DNA of 64,000 nt, filler included, from Circinaria calcarea (taxonomy: Eukaryota), in NCBI GenBank assembly GCA_051942165.1. It is 6 parts of 6 records of this genome, joined end to end, with 100 filler letters (N's around TTAATTAATTAA, not from the genome) between each part and the next. Parts side by side here need not be neighbours in the genome. Positions count along the whole stretch, not along the records: positions 1 to 10,689 come from JAVECS010000774.1; positions 10,790 to 21,475 come from JAVECS010000775.1; 4 more parts are not named here. One strand, 5' to 3'. This document shows, piece after piece, positions 1 through 12,819 of this stretch. A program made the position numbers and the translations under genes. Below the pieces are notes generated by a model. The model ran no database searches, was not told the origin of the DNA, and worked only from the letters and a program-made list of their open reading frames with translations. Within the stretch, counting starts at the first letter, position 1; every line of letters begins with the position of its first letter.

Positions 1-53
1 AAGATCCCCACCCATCATGCTGGGTGCTCCAATTGGGCTAATCGACGTGCCAG

Positions 54-654
54 GCTACTTCTCACTTAACCATACCCGGATGGCGACAATGAGCGACTTT
101 TTCGGGCAGTTGTGGAAGGAATACGCGCTTTCCGACTCCCGGTACCTTACTTCGGATCCCTTTGTGTTGACTATGGAGACTACCACGGCTGTAAGCATCA
201 GGAGTACCTTGGCTGCGGTCGAATACAATGTGATGCTAACAAATGAGTCTTAGTTTGCTTGGGGACCTCTCTGTTTCATTGTCGCTTGGTTTATCACCAC
301 TCAGAATCCACTCCGCCATCCTCTATCCTCCATCGTATGTGTCGGACAGATGTACGGTGACATACTGTACTACGCTACAAGCATGTTCGATTATTATTAC
401 TCAGGCGTTACATATTGTCGACCCGAGGCATACTACTTTTGGGGTTACTACGTTTTCATGAATTTCATCTGGATGGTCATACCCGGATGTGAGTCGACAA
501 GTCATGAATTTTAGAGACGCTCTGTCGTGTTACTAACTTATTGGTGCTAGTCCTTTTATATAGAAGTGTCACCGCAACCGCCGAAGCTTTCAAGATAGCA
601 GAGAAGGCTTTGAAGGCTTCGAAAGGCAACGGAAGCTTGAAAAAGTCTATATAG
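54..654 (+). CDS. EBP-family sterol delta8-delta7 isomerase (emopamil-binding protein), 3' part; exons 54-190, 254-488, 551-654
   Basis: Spliced translation GYFSLNH...FFGQLWKEYALSDSRYLTSDPFVLTMETTTA/FAWGPL...GQMYGDILYY...YFWGYYVFMNFIWMVIPG/FLLYRS...* carries the EBP motif WKEYxxxDSRY. Introns have GT-AG ends and CTAAC branch sites. The 5' end lies outside the window. Confidence 0.9.
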
Positions 655-1681
655 TATGGCGAAGCCAGATCTTGTGCATGGCTTAAGCAGAGTCTTTGGC
701 CGAGATTGAGTCTCCCGCATGGGCTGCTACATTCGGAGGGTCCTTGCGGCTGTCCGCTTCCATTACCTGCTCCCCCGATCGTGTAACCAAAGTATAGCAA
801 AGGCATAGCGACGGCGATGGCACAGGCTTTTACTTTTTGAAGGCGGAGGGAGCATGAGGGAGATACTCATGTGTATAGATTATTGTATCTAGATAAGCAA
901 TATACGCAATATAGTTCATTGTCAATACTGCCTATTTGGTACAAGGCCTTGAAATCATGTAACCCTACCTCGCGAGGGTTCGGGCCTGGGGGATTTGTGG
1001 CCGCGTCATCTATAATTCAAGCTGATAGAAGTGACCTGTCCTATGTTTTGGGATGCTTTGTCAAACCCAACTACGGAGGATAGCTGGCGAGTTACATGGT
1101 GGTGACAGTTGACAGGAGGCAGGTACCCGTAGCTTCACCGAGATGCTGCTTGTAAAGAGGAAGTAAACACACCTCTGCTTTGATAATGCGAATCCGTCGC
1201 GCAGTCCTAAAATAGGCCTTAATCAACATCATGACCCTCACTTTCCGGATAGCTGTTTCAAACATGGTTATAAGATGATCAGCTGAAGCAATTGTCATTA
1301 TTAGTCTATCGAAGCAGGCCTTGTTGCATTATCATCACGGCTAGCGCGCTTTGTTGTTGGTACGGGGCCTCGCCGTGCCTTGAATATTGAAAACCGCCCT
1401 GACCGGCTGGTTCCTGGTCTGGGGTCTTTTTAGCTATCCAAGCCAGAACATCAATTCAATCCTGAATCATGACAGAGTCCATCGTGATATTTTCATCTCA
1501 TCCAGCATCGACTTGAAAGCATGTTCCAGGACCTTTCCTTAAATCTATGGGCAAGAGGTCACAATTCCCAAAATCGCAAATCCGACCTCTTGATGATACG
1601 CCGCGTCATTCCTATCTTTGACGCACTGCTACTCCCTTCAGTCACCATTAATGACGACTAAACATTTCTTTCTGGGATCCA

Positions 1682-4600
1682 ATGCCATCTCCTTTAACTC
1701 CGAAGCGTACCTTAAATCGACGCGATAGCAAGGGCACGCCTACAAAGCCAAAACCTGTCGACCTTGGCAAGCCCCTCGGTCCCTACGATACCAATTTGGT
1801 TCGTGATCGCGTTCGGCAATGGCAGTCGCAAGGTGGGGGAGTCGTGACGGCTTCGGACATATGCGTGGAAGAGGAGGAAGACGACGTTGTTTGCAAAAGT
1901 AAGGTGTCGCGCGAGAACCCTAAAGACGACGTTGTAGATACTGAAGGAAGGACGCCCAAAACGCCGCGGAACAGGAGCAGCAGGCGGAAGAGCAGGATCG
2001 AAGAGGAGGAAAGGGATCGAAATCGGAGTGGAAGCGCGCCTAAGAAGCGCGTTGTCAGTGATAAGCATTGGCGCAAGCAAAGGAGCCCTCCGCGGACTAC
2101 AGACTCGCCAAAAGCCTACAAGGAATCTACTCCGACAAAGGTCTTTCCGGAGGATGGAATTAGAGTTAGGGCAATACCTGATGAGGAGCAAAGGAAAAGC
2201 AGCTCGTATGGGAAGGATACGACAGCAGCCAAGAGGCCAAGCGTGGGCAATGATGACGGTATCAGGGTCTACGCAACTCCGCCTGGATCACGGAGACAGT
2301 CAGAGCATATACAAGTTCTTCGAGAGGAAGAATCTGGTAGCAGGAGCGAAGACAGTGATGCCGGGAAGCCGAGTTCAAGGACTACCCCTAGTCCTCCACG
2401 GAAGCATGCTCTTAGTAGAAGGCAGAAAGATACAAGCCCTGAAAAAACACCAAAACTTAGTCCATCTGCGACGAGAGATCCCCCCAAAAAGCGAAGATCT
2501 AGCCAGCGCAGGGAGGGAACTCCTGAGAGATCCCCTCAGTCCAATCAAGAAACGCCCTTTGAAAGGGGAGCGAGTACCAAGTCTTCAAAGCTGAAAATCC
2601 TCAGTCATGTCATTGACGAGTCGAAGAAGCTACTTACGAGACCTGAGATCATCCCGATTGCCGTTCCCAGAATTCCAACCGTTGAAGCGTGGCTAAGCGA
2701 AACCCCAGATCCTTTCATAGATGGAGATGATCCACCAGTTGAAATCCCTCCACCTCTAAACACGGCTTCAAGGCGTAGGAGAGAAGCTGAGTTGATTATA
2801 CCCGAGGACCCCAACAAAATCTGGGAAACGCTAGAGGAAAAGCCTCGCGTGAGGGATGGGGCCACCGGAAGTAAGCGCCGTCGGCGTGTTCCCAGTTCCA
2901 CGCTCTATGAGGACAACCCTTTTCCAGAGGATATGCAATCTGCCTCTACCCCGGGAGCCTCCAGCTACGGCAGTATTTCGGCAGCAAAGCTGGTTGATCT
3001 CGTACATGTACAGGTTGCACCGGAACCCTCCCCTCCGACCCTGGAGCGGAGAGGAGCAAACAGAGATGCTTTTAAGCGACCGAGAGAGCGCCGTAAATCT
3101 TCACCATTGAAGGAGTCCCCCACTAGAAAAGACGATAACTCAGTTGTGTCGGCAGCACAGAGTACATCATCTGTTGAGCCTGTAAATTCCAGAGCACCGT
3201 TACGACCACCTGGTCTGAATATCAGACGGCAGTTCCCCTCTACAGGTCTACATAGATTATCTACGATTGCTTCTGTGGAGACCTTTAGTTCCCGAGTTCA
3301 GGAGCAAAGACCACCTTCACCATCTGATTTGTTAAAAGCTACGCAACAATCTGACCTTCCAGATGAAGAGGACACTAGATCAGAAGCTCGGGATCACTTC
3401 GATTCCAATGGTCTGAAAAGAAGAGCGAGCAAGAGTAGAGTGACGAAACATGCCGATCTCATATCAGTTCTGTCCCTACCGAGAGCTGGGAGTAGGAGCA
3501 TACAATCTGCCCGGAGTATCCGGACAAATCGAAGTAGGCTTGCTACCGCGACCATTCAAGATTTGATGTCCGAGTTGGCCAATGACGAGAGCAAATATAT
3601 ACGGGAACTTCTTACCTTGGTCGATGGTGTTATTCCAGTGCTGCTGACATGCGTGCTCTCAAAATCTGATTCCTCTATCGCGGCTGGTCTCTTCAGTCCT
3701 CTGGGGAGCGCCAAAAAAGATCCTCAGTTCACACGTCCGATCGTTGATATGGGGATTGCACTCGAAATGTTGAAGACGCTTCATAAGCGTATACCTCAAT
3801 CAGATTCCGATGCCCTCCTGAGCTGGGCACGTGGCGCCCAAAAAGTTTATTCGGAGTATCTCAAGGCCTGGCGGATGGGCTTCCAAGATGTCGTTGTCAA
3901 CTTGGCACCTGCTTCAGATGATGCAACTCGGCCTGCAAAGTCTCCAAGTGCGGAAAATGATGGTCTGGAGGAAGGGCTTCCGAGGAACAAAGATGGAGAT
4001 GTTGTAAATGCTAACGGCGAGCGAGTCGATGTTGCATTCTTACTAAAAAGACCGCTGGTTAGGCTTAAATACCTAGCAAAGACCTTGAAAGGTATCAATT
4101 TCATCAAGCCATCCGTGGAAGCCGAGAACCTGGCTACTAAGTACCAAGATCTCGTCATAGCTGCTCGACACCGATCAAATGAGGAGCGCGCACGGCTAGA
4201 AGATGAGGCTGCAGCAAATATAGATCCTACACGAGCTCGAGATCCACGTACACTTGGACCTCTTGCTGAAGTCAGCATTGATGGGACACGTCGTGTTCGA
4301 GCGCGAGATTACTTCAATCTTGATCTGAAACACTCCAGTGGTCAAAGAATAGACTGCCGTGTTGAGTTTCTCCTCCGGGACGATCCTCCAGATCAAGGTG
4401 CCAGCGGTGATGTCTTGATATGTGAAGTCGATGGTACTGGTCGATGGCTTCTCCTCCCTCCAATACAGTCTGGCCGAATCTCGGCACGCAATGGGGACAT
4501 GGAAGGGGAAATTGTCGTAATGATCCGTGGCCTACAGACCTCTGGTCAAGAATGGCACGAGTTACTATCTTTGCGGACTGATGATGAGCAGACTGGCTTC

Positions 4601-7257
4601 GAGTGGGTACAAATGCTTGGATTGAATCCAATTCCACCGAAAATTGTGAGATCTCAAAGCTTCATCAACAAGCAGGACAGAATGAAAGTTCTCCCGGCGC
4701 CTCCTGTATCGGAATTAACAGTGCCAATCATACCCACTACCCCGACCAAGAGTCGTACTCCAAGTCCCGGGGAGATTGAGATTCCAATTGGAGAGCGGGC
4801 AGGCGAGACTTCCAAGACTTGGACTGAGTCTCTTAGCAAACCTGCTTTACCAACCATGCCTGCAGCGACGCCTTCAAGGGAACGGAATCGATTACAAAAG
4901 ATACTACGAGACTCACCTTTTATTACATCTAGGAGACCCACTAGCAACTCGCCGTCAATGCCCACCGACCTTCAGTCTCAGAGATCTGACAGTCCGACGA
5001 TATTACCTGATTCGCCTTACTCGCCTAGGAATCTCAATGAGGCACTAAGCATGGCGGGTAGTAGTTCAGCTCCTGGCTTGCGGCGAGCCAAAGCGAAGCG
5101 GAGGTCCAGGCACGCCGATGAGACGTCAACTAGTCCTCTATCAACACCTTTGGGCGAGGACGAGAATCTTCACAAGCCGTACGTTGAGACTACCACATTT
5201 CCAGAAGTACAACCGGACAGTTTAGTCAAGCCCCGGAGTTTGCTCCCAGAGGCAATAGAAATATGCCACGACAGTAGTCACAAACGCAGTCCCGGCAAGG
5301 CCAAAGGTCAAACAAGGCCTAGATATCATCGATCGATGTCATCAGTTCCTTCATTAGAATTACCTGTAATTCCAAAGATTCGGAAAGATAGCCCACCTCC
5401 TACCCCGACCTTTGAGCCTGAAGAAGAGCCGGATTGGCCTACTCCAGGCGCTGAAGACGCATATCCTCCCAGCACACCTTCGAAGTTGACCAAGAAACGC
5501 CAAGGGGGTTCACCAGTAAAGACCGAGGTGCCTCCTTCACCCCCAGCACATCGATCTCCAAGTCCCGTCCAGATTAAAGGATCTCGGACTCCGGATCTTA
5601 GTTCGGCATCAGCCCACAAAGCACGTCGAAGATCCTCATCGCCTCTGAAGCATGAGTATGAGCCGTCCACTGCATCGGAGTCGTCTTCTGACTCCGACGC
5701 ATCTACAGTCGCGCGCAATGAGGCGGCTTCGATATCGGACTCCTCCGAAGACGAGGAGCTTGAGGATGGCGATGTCCCAACACCTTTACTCCCCTTGGGC
5801 GTTTTGCAGCGTATTTCAAAGGCATCCCCACAAGAGTCTCTATCTTCGTCGGCGAATGATACGTTGTCGCCATCTCAATCGGCCTCTCAAGCCCCATATA
5901 AGAGTGTTCCGTCTCAGCCAAGTAAAGCTTCCAAGACGATTGCATCCATCTTCTCCTGGTCTGACAAAGGCTGTTGGCAGAGTTTACATGCCGAGGAATG
6001 CAGTATAGTAATTACCCCTGGCTTGATCGAGGCGTTTGAAATGTCAGCCGCACATTCTGAAGACTCTCCTTCCCCGCCGCCACCCGAGCCCGATGACGAT
6101 TCTGAGCTTTCCTCAAGCCAAGTTGAAGAACCAAAAGTAGACAAACCTCTTATCGGGCTAGAATTGACGCCTCTGGTCCCCATTCGCCGCGGGACAGCCC
6201 TTGATATCTCTATCCGCTCTCCTCCAACCTCCAACTCTAAAATCACGTCTGGAAACAACATCATGTTTCGCAGCCGGAACCCAGAAGAATGCGAAGCCCT
6301 CTACGCCCTGATAAACTACTCTCGAATTAACAATCCAACCTATATCGCCCTCCAAAACGCCCGCGTAACTTCGTCCTTTGGTCCTACTTTTGATCGCAGC
6401 AACTCAGTCCGTCCTCGAAGCAGCAGTTGGTTTGGGTTTGGCCATGGTGGCAGAAGTAGCTACAGAGCCAGCAGCGCCCCTACGCCTAGTATCGCTCCTA
6501 GCGAAAGCAGCATCGGTAGTATGTCAAGCGCGTTCTCGGCACTGAAACGCTTTGGCAAAGGAGGTAGCATGTTCAACATTGCTCGCTCGACTATCACCAG
6601 CCGCACCGGCAGTCGTGCTAATAGCGTCTACACCTCCTCCGACAACTCGAGTGGTAGCGGTGCCAGTTCTCCCCTTCCTCCAGGGCTTACACCCCCTATT
6701 CCCATGAATGCGAACGAAGAATCAAAATCCTCACCTTTGGGTCTCAGTAATGCAAAAATCCGTCTTTACATCCGTGAAACGGCTTCCAAATGGCGAGATC
6801 TTGGTTCCGCCCGGCTCACTATCATGCGCCCCACGAACTCCTCACACCCCCTATTAACGCCAGCTTCTGCTCAACGGAATGCGCAGTCGCAAGATGAGAA
6901 AAGGATCTTGGTCCGGGGAAAGGCGGCAGATACATTACTGCTGGACGTTACATTGGGGGAAAGTTGTTTTGAAAGGGTAGCCAGAACCGGGATTGCGGTG
7001 AGTGTCTGGGAAGCCTTTGAGGGGGGAATGGTGCAGAAGGAGGGCGGGGTTGTGGGGGGAAGTTTGAAGGTGTACATGATTCAGGTATGCCGAGTTTTCT
7101 TTCTTATTTGTTGGCCATGAAGAGGTGTAGCCTAGGTTTAGAGGGCATTTCGAAGATACTACGGTAGAGACCTGTACTGACTGGCGGTGGGTTACAGATG
7201 AAGAGTGAAGCGGAGACGGCTTACACGTTTTCGATTGTGGGCAAGTTGAGGTACTGA
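1682..7257 (+). CDS. Large conserved fungal protein (~1820 aa), Ser/Pro/Arg-rich, with a DH (RhoGEF)-like helical block and PH-like domains; exons 1682-7084, 7198-7257
   Basis: 1812-aa ORF. The block ELANDESKYIRELLTLVDGVIPVLL...FLLKRPLVRLKYL is DH-like and the C-terminal KIRLYIRETASKWRDLGSARL block is PH-like. Intron GTATGC(7085)..CAG(7197) adds MKSEAETAYTFSIVGKLRY*. Confidence 0.75.
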
Positions 7258-8178
7258 TGGTGTGTGCTCGGGGGGGTAAATAATGCATGGGTGAGGGGTT
7301 TGGGCTGTCATGTATCTACCGGGTCCAATGTTTTGCTTTATACGCTTTGTAATCACTTCTCCCACTTCACCGAGCGCATCTTCTTTGGGTATTTGAAGCT
7401 CTGTTTTCAGTGTACATATCAGAATCTGAGAAGAGTTGGTGGTGGTGGTGTATAGTGAAGGCTTTACTTTTGACTGGTCAATTTGAATATCCACGCGAGG
7501 CAGATGATCATCGGTACATTGCAGCCGCTACGTTCTTGTGTGTCCAGCTGGTGTACAGGATCCGCTTGGATCGAGGCATGATTGGCTAGGGTAGCACGGT
7601 CGGCTGTGGGTATGGGACAAGCTCTTGGAGCATTGGAGCCTGGAAGTGGAGGTTATGGCGGCTGGGGACATCCTAATACGGTACATACTAGACAGGCGTG
7701 GCGGAAAGCGGAGTAGTGACAATCGGCTTGTCTGATTACTCGAATACGTAAACCAATCTCTCAATGTCTGCCTCTCAATGTCTGCCTTGCCTGCCTACGG
7801 TAGGTGGGTTCTTTGGTGTGTATGATAGTGCGTTGACGTGATCTTCCATGCTATAACTGATGTTCGAGGGGTCAACATTCCAGAAGAAAAAACGAGGGAG
7901 AGCGACTTCGGAGGCCCTTCTTTACCCCACGATAGGCTAAATTACCCCAGACTTGATGTAACGTGGTAATAATCACCTACCGTATCTAGGCGCTATAGAT
8001 AATTTTCGGTCCGGTTTGGCTTGACTGGCCCATAAAGAATCCGATCCCGTCAACCTTTCCGGACGTTTCCCGTTGCTGTTCGGTCTTCCCCAGAAAGCGC
8101 TGTTCCAAACGGCCCCGTTGGGATACTGCTGCATGTAAAAGGTACTGTGAAAGAAATTGGGGTTAGGTACAGAGCAAG

Positions 8179-10302
8179 ATGCCCATGTTAGTCCTCAATC
8201 AATTCACATACCCCACAAACTGATAGCCAATGTTGACCCCTAGGCTCAAGGACCCCTCAAGAAAGTATCGCGCGTTCAAACCTCTCGACCTACCCAATCG
8301 CCAATGGCCTTCCAAAACAATACAGAAGCCTCCACGATGGCTGGCCACAGACCTTCGAGATGGGAACCAGTCCCTGGTGGACCCAATGGTGCGTATAGAC
8401 ATTTTTCAACCCCCCAAAAAAAGAAGCAGCACGAGGGCTGGGCTTCAACAACTTGACAGTGAGACTGAGATTATCAGGACGGGGACCAAAAATTCCGATA
8501 CTTTCAGAAGCTAGTTGAGCTCGGCTATAAAGAGATCGAGGTATCCTTTCCTTCGGCATCCACGACGGACTTTGACTTCACAAGACGCCTAGTAGAGACT
8601 CCCGGGGTCGTCCCTAACGATGTGTGGCTACAAGTCCTTTCTCCGTGTCGGCAGGACCTCATCCGAACAACCGTAGATTCTCTCAAAGGAGCCAAGAAGG
8701 CACTCCTGCACCTTTATCTCGCCACGAGCGAGTGCTTCCAGCGCATAGTCTTTGGCTTCACTCCGGAAGAGAGTGTGGAACTGGCTATCAAATGCACAAA
8801 ATACGCCCGCTCAATAACAAAGGATGATCCCTCACAAGCTGGCACGGAATGGGCTTACGAGTTCTCGCCCGAGAACTTCTCCGACTCCTCGCCTGAGTTT
8901 GTCATACGTGTTTGCGAAGCTGTCAAAGCTGCATGGGAACCTTCGGAAGCTCACCCGATCATTTTCAATCTACCAGCCACGGTCGAACTATCTACTCCGA
9001 ACATCTACGCCGATCAAATCGAGTACTTTTGCACTCACATAACAGAACGTGAAAAGATTTGCGTATCGCTTCATCCTCATAATGACCGTGGTTGTGCAAT
9101 TGCTGCTGCTGAGCTTGCGCAGATGGCTGGCGCTGACCGAGTGGAAGGCACTCTGTTTGGTAATGGTGAGCGAACGGGAAACGTCGATCTCGTCACTCTA
9201 GCCTTGAACCTGTACACGCAAGGTATCCACCCGAACATTGACTTTTCTGATATCAGCTCTGTCATTGACCTCGTCGAGTCGAGTAATAAAATCCCAGTGA
9301 ATCCCCGGGCCCCATACGGCGGCCAACTTGTCGTCTGTGCCTTTTCAGGTTCGCATCAAGATGCTATCAAGAAGGGATTCCAAGCTCGCAAAGTGGCAGG
9401 TGCTACAGACGAAGATCGTTGGGAAATGCCATATCTGCCTCTCGATCCGCAAGACATCGGCCGTACCTATGAAGCCATCATCCGAGTCAATAGTCAGAGT
9501 GGTAAAGGTGGCGTCGCCTGGATCATCCAGCGGAGTCTTGAACTTGACCTTCCTAGAGGTTTACAGGTTGCCTTTTCACAAATTGTACAGAAACAGGCGG
9601 ACAAGGTTGGCCGGGAGCTTCTTCCACGAGAAATCCAACAGTTGTTCGAGGATGCCTACCTGAAAAAAGAATATCGCATTTCACTTGTGGACTATAGTAT
9701 CACGGCCGACCGTTCCCTCAGCCCTGCACCGCCGGAAAAAGGAAAAGCCCAGAATACACAGAACCTAAAGAGGAGGTTTGACGGCGTGATTGCCATAGAT
9801 GGCACAGAGCATAGTATCAAAGGCGAGGGCAACGGACCCATATCCTCCCTCGCAAATGCCCTCCATACCCTGGGCATCGACCTCGATGTGGAGGATTACA
9901 AGGAACATTCCATTGGCGGCGGCAAGGATGCGACGGGAAGGGGTCGCGGTCGGGATGTCAAGGCGGCAACGTACATTGAATGTTCAGCCGTGGGGAGAAA
10001 GGAAAAGGTGTGGGGAGTGGGTATCCATGAGGACGCGGCTCAAGCGAGTTTGATTGCGTTGCTATCCGCGGCGTCTTCGGTGAGTTGATTTTCCTTTTCT
10101 TGCATCACCAAATATCAAGGCCTAATGCATTTCCCCCCCGGGGCTATAGTTTGTCTCCAGTCGATCCGCGACACCTGTGCCATCAAAGAAGAATGGACTG
10201 TCCAGCAAGGTCGAACACTTGACGGTGAATGGAGTTTCCCCCAAGGGCCCGGAGGCGGTGGGTGTGTTGGAAATGAAGGTGAATGGGAATATAAATGGAT
10301 AG
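8179..10302 (+). CDS. LEU4: 2-isopropylmalate synthase; exons 8179-8186, 8244-8388, 8478-10079, 10150-10302
   Basis: [11 protein letters not shown]...[59 protein letters not shown] and regulatory-domain GNGPISS. All introns are GT-AG; the first exon is 8 nt. Confidence 0.97.
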
Positions 10303-10689
10303 ATGAAATTGTCCTTTTTCTAGGATGGAGTATTCCTGTGTTATTTGGGAGCTATATATTCTCTCAGTCAACCTTTAGTTGGGGGCCACAAGGGAAGAAA
10401 AGTTTTCAAAGTCTATCCAATCCGTACACGACAAGCAATCCAAACCTATTTTTTCCCCCTTATTTTTCATACCGAGCGAAGAAATTAATTTCCCCGTGTA
10501 TCAGTCCCTTCCCTTTCCCAAAATTTACTCTTTGTGCAACCAAAAACCCCTTGTTATTTTGTTTCTTGGTTCTGTTTCTATTTCTAACTATCCTTAGGTA
10601 AGCTAAGGAGGGAGGTAGGGAGGTTGTTATCACTGATGAACGTCCCCACCCCCCTCCCTTTTCCCACTGGGCTCTCCTAATCCCCTGAC

Positions 10690-10789
10690 NNNNNNNNNNN
10701 NNNNNNNNNNNNNNNNNNNNNNNNNNNNNNNNNTTAATTAATTAANNNNNNNNNNNNNNNNNNNNNNNNNNNNNNNNNNNNNNNNNNNN
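10690..10789. other. Artificial contig-joining spacer (N44-TTAATTAATTAA-N44)
   Basis: Exactly 100 bp, stop codons in all six frames, identical at five places in the window. Confidence 0.98.
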
Positions 10790-11369
10790 GGGAGGGAGGG
10801 GAGGATCAAAGGAAGCATTAGAACGGAGAATAAGCGGAGGTGCAAGATAGGGAGCGGTTTTCAATATTGTGGGTATTACGGTTATACCCCACCGCAGTAC
10901 CCGCCGGTGTTCACCGCAGCACCCAGTACAACAATATCGTGTGCCATCTAGAACCCCAGACGGTCCGGCTACCTTGTGTATGGCCGAAACATGGCTCCAA
11001 TCACAAGGGGAGACCCAGAAATAGCAGACATAGCGGGCGAAGGAGTGGAAGAAGAAGGCAGCTCAACATTCGAAGACAACGTGTCCGAAGGGAGTAGCTG
11101 AGGTAAGGAGCGAGGGGAAATTAGTAGTAGAATGGTAAGAAATCACATAGTTATGAAGAGATATAGATGGCATTAGATATAGTATATAGTATAGTATGTA
11201 TATAGTGATGCAACTTACTCTTACTATTGACGCTTCCGCTCGTTTCATCCCCACTTCCCCTCCCAATTCTTCCGTAGTGTTCTCTTCCTCTCCTCTCCCC
11301 TCTTCCGTCGCGCTTCACCACTGTAATCCTCCCAATCATCATCCAATCAACCACGGAAGTGCCCGCGTG

Positions 11370-12350
11370 GGAGGAGTGCCCCTTAGCGTAATGTAGTCCA
11401 CGGCAAGCCCGAACAGCTTCGTAAGTAAAAAGGCGGAACTCCATCATATCAGGGAGCTCTAGTTGGCGCTCCATTCAATGCTTAATCACCGAAAGAGGTC
11501 CTCTATCGGGTTGTAATTGTGAGAGTAGGGCCCGAGGGGAGGAAAAGAACGTCGGCGCTCTCGCGAAGGAGTCAAACTTCCCGGTGAAATAGTTAGTAGA
11601 TAAGAAATATATAAGGGAATGATGTATCGCACAGTGAATAGAAGCATTATCCATTACGAATCGATTTTAGACCGGATTGCAACAAGAAAGAACTTAATCT
11701 GGAGAAAACTACTCATATCGGGCACCATTAATACATTTGATATTGACAACGACGAAGGATGCCGTCCGACATACAGGCTGGCAATAAATTCCACCTCATT
11801 GACCGTTTTACTGGGCCTGTTACCGGAGGGAGAGATATCAAAGGCGGCCCACCCGTACTTCCGGTCTTCCGTATGCTTATTCGCAAAACTCTCACCAAGG
11901 AAGACGGACCGGTTGGCACTGTACCGGCTTGTTCGAAGGATGCAGTCGTCTTTTACCAGCTGAAAACATTCCTTGGCTACCCGCTTCATGAATCTCCGGC
12001 TTATTTTCATTCTTCCAATGGCCCTCGAAACTGTAAACCTCGAAAAGAATATATAAAATGCGTCGAAGAGTTATAATAGCATCGTACTCTACTTAAGCAG
12101 GGCTTAGCCACTATAAGGCGAGTAAGCTGGCTCTCATTCTGGCATTCAGTCGACGAAGGAGCCTTGAGCAGCATTGATCGGGGGGGGCGCTCTCGCGAAA
12201 TGTCCGCAGGGTCACTAGAAAGGTCCGAACAACTTTCTCCGACACGCCTCCTACATATATCTACTAACCCGGGGTCTTGCCAGTCTAATCTGAAAATGGT
12301 GTTGATTCAAGTTCCTTGCTCGTTTAACAGGGGAGGTATGGTATATTACG
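11370..12350 (-). pseudogene. Degenerate Tc1/IS630-type (DDE_3) transposase; boundaries approximate
   Basis: Minus-strand fragments across frames: FTVSRAIGRMKISRRFMKRVAKE...VFLGESFANKHTEDRKYGWA (cf. VFLDES..N....RKYGWA), KRSMRWNLLPA, VMDNASIH, PYSHNYNPIE. Stops and frameshifts are present. Confidence 0.8.
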
Positions 12351-12819
12351 GCACCTAGCCTCATCAGTATATGCTTCCGAAAAGAGGCAAAAGACGTACA
12401 CAAGGTTAATTTCATCCAAGCATGCTTCAACCCGTAGAAGGGGTTATCACAAGCTTAGGGCCTGTTCGGTAACCTCTGATTATTGGAATGGATTCGGTTC
12501 CTGAAAATCTGCCAAGTGAGCGTTCGGGTGACACATTTAATTTAGGCGTAAATACGTCCTGACCTATTTATAGAGATTTTCGCTGACGATTTTGCGTTAA
12601 ATACACAACAACATCCACGACAAAATGGATGACATAGATGAATTCTATGCGGAACAGGCAGTAATCATTATTCTAGCTTACCATATATCGAATCATTATG
12701 TAAAAACCTTTGTAATAGTTCTATTATGACCGGTGAAGCATATCTAAATAAGTTGCCTACTGTTGCGAATCATAAACGCCTGCAAAAACGATTGCGTATG
12801 CTATAGTATTGCTTCGTGG

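Noticed and set aside
1712..7077. Many antisense and alternate-frame ORFs inside the 1812-aa gene (likewise within LEU4, gag/pol and DUF726)
   Set aside because: They are shadow ORFs of real coding sequence with no recognisable motifs.
7900..8178. Leu3/LeuB binding site upstream of LEU4
   Set aside because: Several CGG/CCG triplets occur (e.g. AACGGCCCCGTT near 8108-8119) but I found no exact CCG-N4-CGG.
10734..10745. TTAATTAATTAA as a biological motif or telomere/insertion site
   Set aside because: It is centred identically in five 100-bp N spacers and is a synthetic all-frame stop linker.
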